Source: an uncultured delta proteobacterium (GTDB taxonomy: Bacteria > Myxococcota > Myxococcia > Myxococcales > 40CM-4-68-19). From it: a DNA stretch of 64,000 nt. How positions within the stretch are numbered: position 1 is the stretch's first letter; every line of letters starts with the position of its first letter. The stretch is from positions 62,001 to 126,000 of the forward strand of contig CAIWCD010000013.1 of the NCBI GenBank assembly GCA_903911145.1, given 5' to 3'. This document shows, piece after piece, positions 49,971 through 60,270 of this stretch. Made by a program: the position numbers and the translations under genes. Under the pieces are notes generated by a model. That model did no database searches. It was given only the letters and a program-made list of their open reading frames with translations, and was not told the DNA's origin.

Positions 49971-50873
49971 TTACTTCAGCAGATCGCGCAGCGGCGAATA
50001 ATCGCCATCCTCGGCGGGGATGAAGCCGTCCGAGTGGAAGTGATCCGCGAGGACCTTCTTGCCGTCTGCCGTCTTGTCGAGATCGATCAGCGCCGCGCGC
50101 AGGGCCGCGAACTCCGCCGCCGACGACCCTTCCTTCAGCGCGAAGACATCGTTGGGGATCGGGTCGCTGATGGCGAGAACCTTGAGCTCGTTGACCTGCT
50201 TGCCGAGCGTCTCTGCGCAACCCGCGATTGCGCCGCCGGCCTTGTCGTTCGAGATGGTCGCGCCCGCGTCGTCCTTGCCCTCGATGACCGCTCTGCAGAC
50301 CGAGGCGTGGTCGCCGAGGAACGAGCCATTCGCCTTGATATCTGCCTCGGACACGCCCGCGCGCAGCAGCTCGCGATGCGGAATCATGTAGCCCGCAGCG
50401 GAGGTCTCGGAGACAAACGCGATCTTCTTGCCCTTGAGATCGGCCGGCGTCAGCAGCTGCTTGCTCTTCTTCGTCGTGAAGAGCACCGAGCGATAGAACG
50501 GCAGGCCTGCGTGCAGCGCCTTCGCGGCCGGCTGAATCTTGCCGTTGGTCTTCGAAGCCGCGATGTACTCGAGCGCAGTCAGCCAGCCGATGTCCGCCTT
50601 GCCGCTGGCGAGGATCCCGGGCAGGTCGGCCGCAGCGACCACTTCGAACTCGACCGGACGCGCGAGCGCCGCAGAGAGCGCATTGGCGACCGCGCGACCA
50701 TCCTTCTTGCCCTGCTCGACGCTGAGCGGCGCGCTGAGCACCAGCTTGATCGACTGGACCGGCTTTGCATCGGGCGCTGCCTTGGTGATCTGCGGATCAG
50801 CGATCGCGGGAAGCGAGAGCGCGGCGCAGGCAACACAAGCAGCGAGCGAAGGGAGGGTCAGCGAGCGGGTCAT
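49971..50873 (-). CDS. PhnD-like phosphate/phosphonate substrate-binding protein (no adjacent ABC partners)
   Basis: Signal peptide; [43 protein letters not shown]. Confidence 0.85.
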   Translation of the reverse strand: MTRSLTLPSLAACVACAALSLPAIADPQITKAAPDAKPVQSIKLVLSAPLSVEQGKKDGRAVANALSAALARPVEFEVVAAADLPGILASGKADIGWLTALEYIAASKTNGKIQPAAKALHAGLPFYRSVLFTTKKSKQLLTPADLKGKKIAFVSETSAAGYMIPHRELLRAGVSEADIKANGSFLGDHASVCRAVIEGKDDAGATISNDKAGGAIAGCAETLGKQVNELKVLAISDPIPNDVFALKEGSSAAEFAALRAALIDLDKTADGKKVLADHFHSDGFIPAEDGDYSPLRDLLK

Positions 50874-50986
50874 TCGAAATCTCTCTCTTTGGAAAACGCC
50901 GCGTGCAGCGGCCTATTGCCCGAAAGGGGCGGGACTCTACAACGCGTCTGCCGCTGGTGTCGCCCGCATAAATGCAGCCCGCCCCA

Positions 50987-52423
50987 CTACGCCGGAACGC
51001 GCCAGTCAGTGCCGCCGATCGAGTCGCGCAACTCGACCCCCTTCGCCTTCAACTCGTCACGAATCGCGTCTGCATCAGCGAATCGCTTCTCCTTGCGCGC
51101 GAGCAGGCGAGCCGCGATCCGCTCATCGACCCACGCCGGATCGATCGAATTGCGCTTCGCTGCCAGCGTCCTGCGCGCGAGCACCGCCGCCTTCGGATCG
51201 CGCCAGCCCAGGCCCAGCACGGCTGCGAGAGCACGCGCGGTCACGCGCAGGTCCGCCACGTCCTGCGGCGCGCCCTTCCCGTCGATCTTCACGTTGAGCT
51301 GCGTGTAGGTCGAGAGAAGCTGCGCGAGGCCGTCGGCGGTATTGAAATCGTCTTCCATCGCCGTGCGGAACGCGTCCTTCAGCGACGCCACCTCGCGGCC
51401 TTCGCCTGTGAACTTCTTCTGTGCGAGATAGGCCTCCGCCTTGCCGTCGGTCTCGTAGAAGTAGTCGACGCGGCGGTCCGCTTCCGCAAGCGCGTCGTAG
51501 CCGAACTGGATCGGATTTCGATACTGCGTCGAGAGCAGCAGCGCACGAATGGCCTCGCCGTCCCACTGCGCAGTGAGGTCGCGGATGGTCTTGAAGTTGC
51601 CGAGCGACTTGCTCATCTTCTCGTCGCCGGCTGTCACGAAGCCGTTGTGCATCCACGCGCGGGAGAGCGGAAGACCGCTCGCACCTTCGCTCTGCGCGAT
51701 CTCGTTCTCGTGATGGGGAAAGACGAGATCCTTGCCGCCGCCGTGCAGATCGAACGTCGTGCCGAGGTGCTTCTGGCACATCGCGGAGCACTCGATGTGC
51801 CAGCCCGGACGGCCCGGCCCCCACGGGCTCTGCCACGTCACCGACGCAGGCTCGCCTGGCTTGGCGGCCTTCCAGAGCGCGAAGTCGAGCGGATCGCGCT
51901 TGATGTCGCCCGTCTCCACGCGCGCGCCCGAGAGCAGATCATCGAGGTTGCGCTTGGAGAGCTTCCCGTAGTCGGGAAACGATCGGACCGCGAAGTAGAC
52001 GTCGCCGTTCACGGCATACGCATGCCCACGCGCGACGAGCTTCTCGATGATCGCGTGCATCTCTGCGATGTGCTCGGTCGCCCGCGGCTCGATATCCGCG
52101 GCGGCGATGTTGAGCGAGGCCATGTCGACGTGGCACTCATCGATGAACTGCTGCGCGAGCTGCAGCGGATCGATCCCCCGCTCTCCCGCGCGCCGGATGA
52201 TCTTGTCGTCGACGTCGGTCCAGTTGCGCACATACTTCACGTCGAGACCTGACCAACGCAGGAAGCGCACGACCGTGTCGAACGCGATCATCATGCGCGC
52301 GTGCCCGATGTGCGAAAGGTCGTAGACAGTGATGCCGCAGACGTAGATCCCGATGTGGCCGGGCGTGAGCGGGACGAGATCTTCCTTCTTGTCGGTCAGC
52401 GAGTTCCAAACGCGAATCGTCAT
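50987..52423 (-). CDS. cysS: Cysteine--tRNA ligase
   Basis: YVCGITVYD, HIGH, GRPGWHIEC, FPHHENE, KMSKS; start trimmed to ATG 52423. Confidence 0.97.
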   Translation of the reverse strand: MTIRVWNSLTDKKEDLVPLTPGHIGIYVCGITVYDLSHIGHARMMIAFDTVVRFLRWSGLDVKYVRNWTDVDDKIIRRAGERGIDPLQLAQQFIDECHVDMASLNIAAADIEPRATEHIAEMHAIIEKLVARGHAYAVNGDVYFAVRSFPDYGKLSKRNLDDLLSGARVETGDIKRDPLDFALWKAAKPGEPASVTWQSPWGPGRPGWHIECSAMCQKHLGTTFDLHGGGKDLVFPHHENEIAQSEGASGLPLSRAWMHNGFVTAGDEKMSKSLGNFKTIRDLTAQWDGEAIRALLLSTQYRNPIQFGYDALAEADRRVDYFYETDGKAEAYLAQKKFTGEGREVASLKDAFRTAMEDDFNTADGLAQLLSTYTQLNVKIDGKGAPQDVADLRVTARALAAVLGLGWRDPKAAVLARRTLAAKRNSIDPAWVDERIAARLLARKEKRFADADAIRDELKAKGVELRDSIGGTDWRVPA

Positions 52424-52431
52424 GCGGACGC

Positions 52432-53412
52432 TTATATCGCGGCCCGCACGCGGCGAGCCCGGAAGAGTGAGAAGAGCGCAATCGCGAGGAGCGATCCTTC
52501 GAGCGACGGCGCCGCGCTCCCACTGCTCGTGCATCCGCAGCCCGCGTGATCGCTCTCGCCACTCGCGGTCAGCTCGATCGGCCCGCCCAGGCAGGTCAAC
52601 GTCTGCGCGCCCTTCGGATAGATCGTGCAGATCGCATCGAGATCGTCCTGCGCGAGGTGACGCTTGGAGGTCTCGCCCATCGGTGCCGTCGCGTACATCG
52701 TCGCGGTCGACTCGAGCGAGTGCCCGAGTCCGATGGTGTGCCCCTCCTCATGCGTCGCCGTGTTCTGCACGTCGATGTTCACGCAGTTGCTCTGCGAAGA
52801 GTCCGCGCACGGCGGACTGTCGATGGTCGTGAATGTGTACTTGGTGCCGTCGGCGGCGGTCGCGTCGTTGAACTCGATATCGGCGTCGAGCATCTGGCCG
52901 GTAGCGCGGTTGGTCGTCGTCGTGGTCGTCGCGATCACCGAACTGTCGTGGTCCCAGCAGTCATACTTGTTGCCGCAGCCGCCGCTCACCAGACACGAAT
53001 CGCTCGGAGGCACCGCGCCGTTGTCGCAACTGGCCGTGCGGAACAAGACGAGGTTGCGGTTGTACTGGCCGGGGAAATATCCGACGACGCGATCGGCGGG
53101 GTTGGTCGACAGGCCGAGATCGGGAAAAACGAGATCGCTGCAGCCCGCGTCGGCCCAGGTGTCGAATCCGTCGCGAATCGCGCTGAACGCCGAGAGGCCA
53201 GGGACATCGGGAGTACCGCGCGCATCGATCATGAAACTGTGGCCGCGCGGGCCCCAGAAGAGGCAAGGACCGGCACCGCCGTCGGCAAGATGAACCGTCG
53301 TGCGCACCCAGGCGAGAGCGGGACGCGAAACGAGCACGACCGCGCCCAGAGCGGCGAAGAGCGAGATGATTGCTATGCCAATGATTCGCGCGCGCACCTG
53401 ATCGCAACTCAT
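52432..53412 (-). CDS. Matrixin-like (M10) zinc metalloprotease with MYXO-CTERM sorting tail
   Basis: HEEGHTIGLGH, ATMYA Met-turn, DADIEFN; C-terminal GCGC...hydrophobic...RARR. Confidence 0.88.
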   Translation of the reverse strand: MSCDQVRARIIGIAIISLFAALGAVVLVSRPALAWVRTTVHLADGGAGPCLFWGPRGHSFMIDARGTPDVPGLSAFSAIRDGFDTWADAGCSDLVFPDLGLSTNPADRVVGYFPGQYNRNLVLFRTASCDNGAVPPSDSCLVSGGCGNKYDCWDHDSSVIATTTTTTNRATGQMLDADIEFNDATAADGTKYTFTTIDSPPCADSSQSNCVNIDVQNTATHEEGHTIGLGHSLESTATMYATAPMGETSKRHLAQDDLDAICTIYPKGAQTLTCLGGPIELTASGESDHAGCGCTSSGSAAPSLEGSLLAIALFSLFRARRVRAAI

Positions 53413-53999
53413 CGGCGCGCCTTGTTGGCGGCCGCGGCGACGACGTTCGCGCGAAGTTCTGCGAGCGAGATGTTGTCGGATTCGTCCGCTCGGCAGCCAA
53501 CGCATTCGACGCCGCTGCGATTGCGAATCGCGCGCTTGTCCGCGCCAGGAGCGGGGGCGAGCACCGTGAACGCGCCGAGAGCCCAGTGGCTCACTTCGTA
53601 GATCGCGGGCCTGCCTTCGCGCGCAGAGACGCGAAGACGAAGAAAGAGGACGACCTCGTCGCCGGGATGCAGGCGCGGTGTGCCGACCACCTCCTGCGCC
53701 AACTCGCCGAGTTCGCCGCCCGGCGTCCGCACAACAAGTCGATCACCGACGCTCTCGCCCACCCACTGTTCGCGCGGCACGAGTTCGACCGTCGTGAAGA
53801 GTTGGCCCGACTGCGCGCCGCCTGTTCCCCAGTGCGCCTCGGAGGACCAGACCTTCGCGAGCACGACCGCGTCTGCTGCGGCCGTGAGCGTGGCGAGATC
53901 GGCCGGGCCGCGGATCGTCGTCGCGCGTGCAGCAAGCGCGAGGAGAGCGATCGCAGAGCAGAGCGCCAACACGCGAAGGTGCGGAAGTCGAGGACTCAT
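53409..53999 (-). CDS. Secreted hypothetical protein translationally coupled to the protease
   Basis: Signal peptide (ARA-T); LTAAADAVVLAKV...VRTPGG...G.EVVLFL; ATGA overlap with the protease start. Confidence 0.72.
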   Translation of the reverse strand: MSPRLPHLRVLALCSAIALLALAARATTIRGPADLATLTAAADAVVLAKVWSSEAHWGTGGAQSGQLFTTVELVPREQWVGESVGDRLVVRTPGGELGELAQEVVGTPRLHPGDEVVLFLRLRVSAREGRPAIYEVSHWALGAFTVLAPAPGADKRAIRNRSGVECVGCRADESDNISLAELRANVVAAAANKARR

Positions 54000-54102
54000 C
54001 GAAGGCAGACCGTATCGCGAAGCGAGCAGCGACGCGTCAATCTCGATGGGGCGCAGGCAGACCAGGGCGTTGCGCTCCGCTCCGGCGAGGCGGGATCGCT
54101 CA

Positions 54103-55770
54103 TCAAGGAACCGCGGCCGCACCATCTCCGCGCGGGTCGCTCGCGCCGATGCGCAGCCCGGTCGCGGGATCGATGGCAACAGCCTGCGCATTCCCCCATG
54201 GCTCGGTGAACTTGAGCCGGTGCCCCCGCGCTTCAAGCGCCGCCGCAGTCTGCGCGTCGAGACCGTTCTGCTCGACACGCACCGAGTCGGGCGTGAACTG
54301 CTCGTGCAGGCGGGGCGCGGCCAGCGCGCGATCGATGGGCATCTGGTCGTCGACAAAATGAACGATCGCCTGCGCCACCGTGGTCGGAATGGTCGAACCA
54401 CCGGGCGAGCCAATCGCGAGGCGAAGCGCGCCGGACGCGTCGAAGAGCAGCGTCGGAGCCATCGAGGAGAGCGGCACCTTGCCAGGCCCCGGCGCGTTCG
54501 CCGCGCCGCCGCGCACGCCGTACTGGTTCGGGACGCCCGCGACAATCGAGAAGTCGTCCATCTCGTCGTTGAGCAGCACACCCGTGCCGGGAGCGACAAG
54601 GCAGGAGCCGAAGACGTAATTGACCGTCGTCGTCAGCGCGACCGCGTTGCCCTCCGCATCGATCACAGAGAGGTGGGTCGTGTCGGGCGACTCAGTCATT
54701 GGCGTGACGACACTCGCAGCAGCGGCCTTCTCGCCAATCTGCGCGCGCAGCGTCGCCGCGAACGATTTGCTCGTCAGATCGCTCGTCAGCTTGCTCATCT
54801 GCGGCGCGAAGTCGGGGTCTCCCATCTGCTCGCGCAGCGCGTAGATCCGCTTCTCAGCCTCGATCATGATGTGCAGAAACGAGACGGGCCGATAGCCGCC
54901 CGCGCGCGCGTCGTCGTGCTCGAGCGCATTGAGCAGGCCGAGGAGAATCAGCCCGCCTGAACTTGGCCCCGGCATCGTCACCAGCGTGTTGCCGCGGTAA
55001 CTGCCGACAAGCGGCGTCCGCTCGCGCACGCGATAGTTCTTGAGATCAGAGGGGGAGAGAATGCCTCCGCCTCGCTGGACACTCTGCACGAGCTTCGCTG
55101 CGATCGGGCCCGCGTAGAATGCGGCGTCACCGTGCGCTCCGATCGCGCGCAACGTCGACGCCAGATCGCTCTGCACGAGCAACTCTCCTGGGCGCAGAGC
55201 ACGGCGCTTCGCAGGATTGCGCTCGTCGGCCGCGGTGAACAGGCGCGTCGCTTCCGGGTCCCGGGACAGACAAGCGAGTCGCTCACGCGAAGCCCACGCC
55301 AGATGCGCGCTCACCGGAAAGCCGCGCCCAGCAAGGGCTTGCGCGACCTGCGTCAGCTTCGCGAGCGGGAGTTTTCCGAAGCGACGCGCCAACTCGACAT
55401 AGCCGCGCACAGCGCCGGGGACCGCCACGGAGAGCGCGCCATCCAGCGAAAGATCGGGGCGGGGCTTGCCATCGATCAGGTACATCGTGGGCGTCGCCGC
55501 TTGCGGCCCGACCTCGCGGAAGTCGAGCGCGTACGTCTGCTTCTCCTTCGCGAGATAGACGAGCGCGAAGCCTCCGCCGCCGAGTCCCGAACTCGCGGGC
55601 TCGACGACCGCCAATGCAAATGCGGCTGCCACTGCTGCGTCGATCGCGTTCCCGCCCGCTCTCAGCGCGGCCGCGCCCGCTTCGCTCGCCAGAGGATGTG
55701 CCGTTGCGATCGCGCCATTCGCGGAGACGGCGCTGGTCGCAACGAGGAGAGCTACCAAAGGTAAGCACAT
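54103..55770 (-). CDS. ggt: Gamma-glutamyltransferase
   Basis: GGNAIDAAVA, SGLGGGGF, TTHLSV, LNDEMDDF, PLSSMAP, GSPGG, DPR. Confidence 0.96.
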   Translation of the reverse strand: MCLPLVALLVATSAVSANGAIATAHPLASEAGAAALRAGGNAIDAAVAAAFALAVVEPASSGLGGGGFALVYLAKEKQTYALDFREVGPQAATPTMYLIDGKPRPDLSLDGALSVAVPGAVRGYVELARRFGKLPLAKLTQVAQALAGRGFPVSAHLAWASRERLACLSRDPEATRLFTAADERNPAKRRALRPGELLVQSDLASTLRAIGAHGDAAFYAGPIAAKLVQSVQRGGGILSPSDLKNYRVRERTPLVGSYRGNTLVTMPGPSSGGLILLGLLNALEHDDARAGGYRPVSFLHIMIEAEKRIYALREQMGDPDFAPQMSKLTSDLTSKSFAATLRAQIGEKAAAASVVTPMTESPDTTHLSVIDAEGNAVALTTTVNYVFGSCLVAPGTGVLLNDEMDDFSIVAGVPNQYGVRGGAANAPGPGKVPLSSMAPTLLFDASGALRLAIGSPGGSTIPTTVAQAIVHFVDDQMPIDRALAAPRLHEQFTPDSVRVEQNGLDAQTAAALEARGHRLKFTEPWGNAQAVAIDPATGLRIGASDPRGDGAAAVP

Positions 55771-55895
55771 GCGAACTCCGTGGCGTGCTCGCGGATCGTG
55801 AGCGAGGTCGCGAGCGCGCGCACCATATCGCTGCGCGCGCGGCAGATGTCGTGGAGTAGGGTCGCGCGGCCATCACGAGCACGCAGAGGAGTCGA

Positions 55896-56810
55896 GTGCA
55901 CATCGCGGCAACCCAGGCTGTGCTGCTGATCGCGCTCGGGGCCTTCTCCGGGCTCATCGGCGCGCTTGTCGGGATCGGCGGAGGCATCATCGTCGTGCCG
56001 GCGCTGGTGCTCGGCTTCGGTTGCGGCATCAAGGTCGCCGTCGCGACGTCGCTCGTCACGGTGGTCGCGACGTCGACGACCGCCGGTTCGGTCTGGGTCG
56101 GAAAAGGATTGGCGAACATGCGCCTCGGCATGACGCTCGAGGTGGCGACGACGCTCGGCGGACTCTCGGGAGGACTGCTCGCCGCGCTCATCTCTCCGTC
56201 AATTCTTGCCGGACTCTTCGGCGTGCTCATGGGCGTGACGGCGGCGCTGATGATGCGCAAACCCGCCACCACTGCGGCCGCGAGCAACCTGGCGCCGCGC
56301 GATCAGACTCCGCGCGCAATGAACGACGCGCCTGCGCGAGGCGCCACGGAACCGGACGGCACCGAGGAACCGGGCACGCTCGCCGGCTCCTATGTCGACG
56401 GAGAAAAACGCGCGCTCGTCTCGTATCGCGTCGAGCGGATCTGGCTCGGCAGCGTCATCTCATTCGCCGCGGGCATCCTCTCCGGCATGCTCGGCGTCGG
56501 CGGCGGCTTCATCAAGGTCCCGGCGATGCACCTCGGCATGCGCGTCCCAATCAAGGTTGCCGCGGCCACCTCGAACTTCATGATCGGCGTCACCGCCATC
56601 TCGAGCCTCTTTGTCTATCTCGCGCGCGGACTCGTCCACCCTGCGCTCGCCGCACCGGTCGCATTGGGCACTCTCGCCGGCTCACTTGTCGGCACACGCG
56701 TCGCCCGCCACGTCTCCGCGACCACCCTGAAGCGACTGCTCGCGGCGGTGCTCGTGCTCGTCGCGATGCAGATGATGCTCCAATCGGCCGGAGTGACACT
56801 TGGACACTGA
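55896..56810 (+). CDS. Sulfite exporter TauE/SafE (TSUP) family
   Basis: Two GIGGG/GVGGG repeats, KVAAATSNFMIGVTA. Confidence 0.92.
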   Translation: MHIAATQAVLLIALGAFSGLIGALVGIGGGIIVVPALVLGFGCGIKVAVATSLVTVVATSTTAGSVWVGKGLANMRLGMTLEVATTLGGLSGGLLAALISPSILAGLFGVLMGVTAALMMRKPATTAAASNLAPRDQTPRAMNDAPARGATEPDGTEEPGTLAGSYVDGEKRALVSYRVERIWLGSVISFAAGILSGMLGVGGGFIKVPAMHLGMRVPIKVAAATSNFMIGVTAISSLFVYLARGLVHPALAAPVALGTLAGSLVGTRVARHVSATTLKRLLAAVLVLVAMQMMLQSAGVTLGH

Positions 56811-57159
56811 ACGTCACATCGCAACAGAGGCTCCGCGCCGCGAGCGACGCAGCGTTCAGTTGCTGTTGCGTGGAGGGCTCGCGCTCTCGGGCTCGCTGAT
56901 GACAGCCGGGTTCCTGCTTCAGTTCGCCCACGGTGCGCTGCGCTCGCAGGGATTCGCCCCCCGTGACGTGCTTTCCGCGACATTCCCCCTGGGCGAGCGA
57001 TTGATGGGCGCAGGGATCCTCGTGCTGGCGGCCACGCCTGCAGTGCGCGTGCTTGCGCTGCTCCTGCTCTGGACGCACGAACGCGACCTCCGATTTGTCG
57101 CGGTCGCGCTGGCCGTCATCGCCACGCTCGCCACCGCGATCGCACTCGGCGGCGGCTAG
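56800..57159 (+). CDS. DUF1634-like membrane protein
   Basis: LLRGG, GILVLAATPAVRV, ERD; usual partner of this TSUP subfamily. Confidence 0.8.
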   Translation: MDTERHIATEAPRRERRSVQLLLRGGLALSGSLMTAGFLLQFAHGALRSQGFAPRDVLSATFPLGERLMGAGILVLAATPAVRVLALLLLWTHERDLRFVAVALAVIATLATAIALGGG

Positions 57160-57194
57160 CGCGTCCGGACGCGAGCTCGAGGCGGGGCGGTTCG

Positions 57195-58481
57195 CTACTG
57201 GAGCGTATTCAGATACGCGACGATCGCTGCGGTCTCGTTCACCGTGCGCTGGCTGATCTCGGGATTCTCAGCGCCCGCATAGCTGAACGCATGCAGGTTG
57301 AACGCGCCGGTGACATCGAGGGTCGGCACCGTCGCGCCAGCAGGAACAAAACGCGCATCGGCAGTGAAGGCATTTGCGTTGCCGGCCTCGGAGATCCCGA
57401 AGAGGGGACCGGCGTTGTAGAGCGCGGTCGGCATCGCCAGGTGGCAACTCGCGCAGTCGATCGTGTTGGGCGTGAATCGGGTCGGGTTCTCCACGCGGAC
57501 GAGCGCATCGAAGGCCGCCTGTCTCGTTCCGGCATCGAGCGTGTTGGCAACATCCGCGTTGGCGAGCGGCGCGAGGTCGTCGGGAGAGATCGTCTCCGGC
57601 TCGAACCGGCCCTGCATCCCTTCATTCGGGCCGAAGTTGCGCAAGAAGGTCTGGCTCGAACCTGCGTCCGGCAGGAGCGTCGGGATCACCATCGGCGTGA
57701 TCGACGCCGCGCCCGGGGTGGTCACGTCGAAACCGGAGAAGGTCCAGGCGAAGACACCGTCGTTGGCGCTCATCTTCGTCACCCGCACCAGGTTCTGTGC
57801 GCCGGCGTACTTGAGCACCAGCGCGCGCAGTCCGGTCGCGAAAGCGCCGTTGAGCCCTTCCTTGACCATGTCCGGATGCGGCTGCAGCGGCCCGAGTTGC
57901 GCAGAGCCGCTGCTGGCCTGCCTCAGCGCGATCACGCTGCGAACGAGCGACTCAAGTTCGGCGCGCGTGAGGGAGTAGAAGACGTGCAGCGCGGAGTCGT
58001 TCGGACCGTCGATGCCGGTGTTGAACAGCACCATCTCCTGGAAGATCAGACGGAGCTGGTTGGCGCAGCCCGTGCCGTGGGGATCGGGGGCGAGCGAAGC
58101 GAAGCAGGGATCGATGCGGACCGCAACCACAGCGAGGTCTGCGTACATCGCCTCGCCGGTGGAGCCCGGCGCGATCGGCGGCGTGAACGTGTTTCCGATG
58201 ACGTGCCCGACCGCATCGTAGAGATTGGAGGGCAGCAGCGTGCCGCGCGCACCGCTCGCAGAAGCGGCCAGCAGTCCGGCGCGGGTGACGCCGCCATCGG
58301 TGGGGATCGGGAAGAGAATCGACACGTCGTTCATCTGGGCGGCGATCGTGCCGCCGTCGTCGTTGGGCCCGCCATCCGGATTGAGCGGTCCAGCGTCCGG
58401 ACTGGACACAGAGCCGCCGCACCCGAGCGAGGCGCAGAGAAGCAGACCGAGTGATGCAAGGAGCACTGGCCTCATCGTCAT
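57195..58481 (-). CDS. Lipoprotein with one CxxCH motif
   Basis: Lipobox LGC; NDVSILFP, RIDPCF, QLRLIFQ, VENP...DCASCH; start trimmed to ATG 58481. Confidence 0.72.
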   Translation of the reverse strand: MTMRPVLLASLGLLLCASLGCGGSVSSPDAGPLNPDGGPNDDGGTIAAQMNDVSILFPIPTDGGVTRAGLLAASASGARGTLLPSNLYDAVGHVIGNTFTPPIAPGSTGEAMYADLAVVAVRIDPCFASLAPDPHGTGCANQLRLIFQEMVLFNTGIDGPNDSALHVFYSLTRAELESLVRSVIALRQASSGSAQLGPLQPHPDMVKEGLNGAFATGLRALVLKYAGAQNLVRVTKMSANDGVFAWTFSGFDVTTPGAASITPMVIPTLLPDAGSSQTFLRNFGPNEGMQGRFEPETISPDDLAPLANADVANTLDAGTRQAAFDALVRVENPTRFTPNTIDCASCHLAMPTALYNAGPLFGISEAGNANAFTADARFVPAGATVPTLDVTGAFNLHAFSYAGAENPEISQRTVNETAAIVAYLNTLQ

Positions 58482-58578
58482 GGCTGGAACCGTTCTCGAG
58501 GGCGCATCAGCGCGGTGAAACAAGTAGGAACGCGAGCAGCGCGATCTGGGCAAACTGTTTTTGCCTGTGCTGCACGAT

Positions 58579-59496
58579 TCAGGTCGATGCATTGAGCGAG
58601 AGGCCGGAGGCCCGCGCCCAGAGCGATCGCAGCGCTGCATGGACTTGTCGCTGCGCCTCAAGATTCACCGCATGTCCGACGCCCGCGAGCGCGAGAAGGT
58701 CGGCGTCGGGAATCAACCGCGCCAACTCCTCGGCACCGGCGAGTGGGGCGAGTTGATCGAGCACGCCGTGAATCACCAGCGTCGGCGCTGAGATCTGGCT
58801 GAGGCGAGCACGCGTGTCGTGCGCAAGGGCCGCGTCGACCTGCCCGACGAAGCCCTGCACGGTCTGCTGCGGCTGCGACGCCGCGAAGCGCAATGCTGCG
58901 CGCACGCTCGCCTCGCTCTGCCAGAACGACTCGGTGAAGAGCCAGGCGTAGGCCTGCTTCTCCCAGGCCTCGCGCAGCGCGGGACTCTGCGCCGCGAGCG
59001 GATAGAGGACACGCCAACCCTCGAGCAGGGCCCGGCCACGAGGAGACTCGCCGGGAAACGTCGAGAGCAGAGCCACCGAGCGCACGCGCTCCGGAAAGCC
59101 GATCGCCAACTCCTGCGCCGCGGCCCCTCCGAGCGACAGTCCGACAACGTGTGCGCGCGCGACACCGCACGCATCGAGCACGGCGACGGCATCCTCCGCG
59201 AGTTGCCGCGTCGTATACGGCCCGGGCGGCGCGCCACTCTTGCCCACTCCGCGCGCGTCCGGCGCGATCGAGCGGTGCGTGCGCGCGAAGTGCGCCAACT
59301 GCACGCCCCACGCGCTCGCCGGAGCATTGAGCCCCTGCAGCCAGAGGACGACCTCAGGCGCGGGCTCCGAACCGCTCGCACCGGCCGTCTCCGCGCGCGT
59401 CGGCGATTGATCGACGACGTGCAACTGCACTCCGTCGCGCGCAGTCACCAGCACGGGCAGCCCCGCAGCGACCTCGAGTCGATCGTTTGAAACCAA
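58579..59496 (-). CDS. Alpha/beta hydrolase (enol-lactonase-like); start uncertain
   Basis: DARGVGKS, GLSLGG, PTLVIHGVLD, GH. Confidence 0.88.
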   Translation of the reverse strand: MVSNDRLEVAAGLPVLVTARDGVQLHVVDQSPTRAETAGASGSEPAPEVVLWLQGLNAPASAWGVQLAHFARTHRSIAPDARGVGKSGAPPGPYTTRQLAEDAVAVLDACGVARAHVVGLSLGGAAAQELAIGFPERVRSVALLSTFPGESPRGRALLEGWRVLYPLAAQSPALREAWEKQAYAWLFTESFWQSEASVRAALRFAASQPQQTVQGFVGQVDAALAHDTRARLSQISAPTLVIHGVLDQLAPLAGAEELARLIPDADLLALAGVGHAVNLEAQRQVHAALRSLWARASGLSLNAST

Positions 59497-59527
59497 ATGA
59501 TTGGTGTCCCAACTATTGGCATAGCAA
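59486..59527. repeat. Three 12-bp motif units at 15-bp period
   Basis: TTTGAAACCAAA-TGA-TTGGTGTCCCAA-CTA-TTGGCATAGCAA. Confidence 0.8.
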
Positions 59528-59532
59528 TCATT

Positions 59533-60267
59533 TCAGGGCCTGCCACTCACGGGTGCCAGCAGGCCGCGCGCGCGCTGCAGGACCTGATCGAACATCGTCG
59601 AAGTGAGCCGCCCGGTGTTCGTGTTCTGCTGGCTCACGTGGTAGCTGCCGAGAAGGATCGGGCCGCCGCCGAGCTGCACCTGTGCGCCGTGGCCGAATCG
59701 CGGACGCGGACCTGGAATCGCGATGCCGCGTCTCGCGAAGACGTCGAGCGCCGCGGACCAGCCGATGCTCCCCAGTGCGAGCACGACTCGCACGCACCGC
59801 AGCATCGTAAGCTCGCGATCGAGCCAGTGGGCGCAGTTTGCCAACTCGGAAGGAAGAGGCTTGTTCGCAGGCGGCGCGCAGCGGCAGGGCGCAGCGATGT
59901 AGACGTCGCTGAGCGACTGTCCGTCGTCGCGCGAAGTGCTGGTGGGAATGGCCGCGAGGCCGGCGCGGCGAAGCGCGGCGTAGAGGAAATCTCCGCTGCG
60001 ATCTCCAGTGAACATGCGACCGGTGCGGTTTGCGCCATGCGCAGCGGGCGCGAGTCCCATCACCAGAAGTCGCGCGTTCGCGTCCCCGAAGCCCGGCACG
60101 GGCCGTCCCCAGTAGGTCCAATCGCGGAAGCGGCGCACCTTCTCGCGCGCCACCTGCTCGCGCCACGCAACCAGACGCGGGCAGGCGCGACATTCGATCA
60201 GTTCGCGGTTCATCACCGTGAGCGAATCGCGCCCTGCCGCGCCCAGCCTGGGTTTGCGTGGACTCAA
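59533..60267 (-). CDS. Uracil-DNA glycosylase family 5 (UdgB-like, 4Fe-4S)
   Basis: CRACPRL, GLAPAAHGANRTGRMFTGDRSG, RCAPPANKP, YHVSQQNT. Confidence 0.93.
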   Translation of the reverse strand: MSPRKPRLGAAGRDSLTVMNRELIECRACPRLVAWREQVAREKVRRFRDWTYWGRPVPGFGDANARLLVMGLAPAAHGANRTGRMFTGDRSGDFLYAALRRAGLAAIPTSTSRDDGQSLSDVYIAAPCRCAPPANKPLPSELANCAHWLDRELTMLRCVRVVLALGSIGWSAALDVFARRGIAIPGPRPRFGHGAQVQLGGGPILLGSYHVSQQNTNTGRLTSTMFDQVLQRARGLLAPVSGRP

Positions 60268-60270
60268 CTC

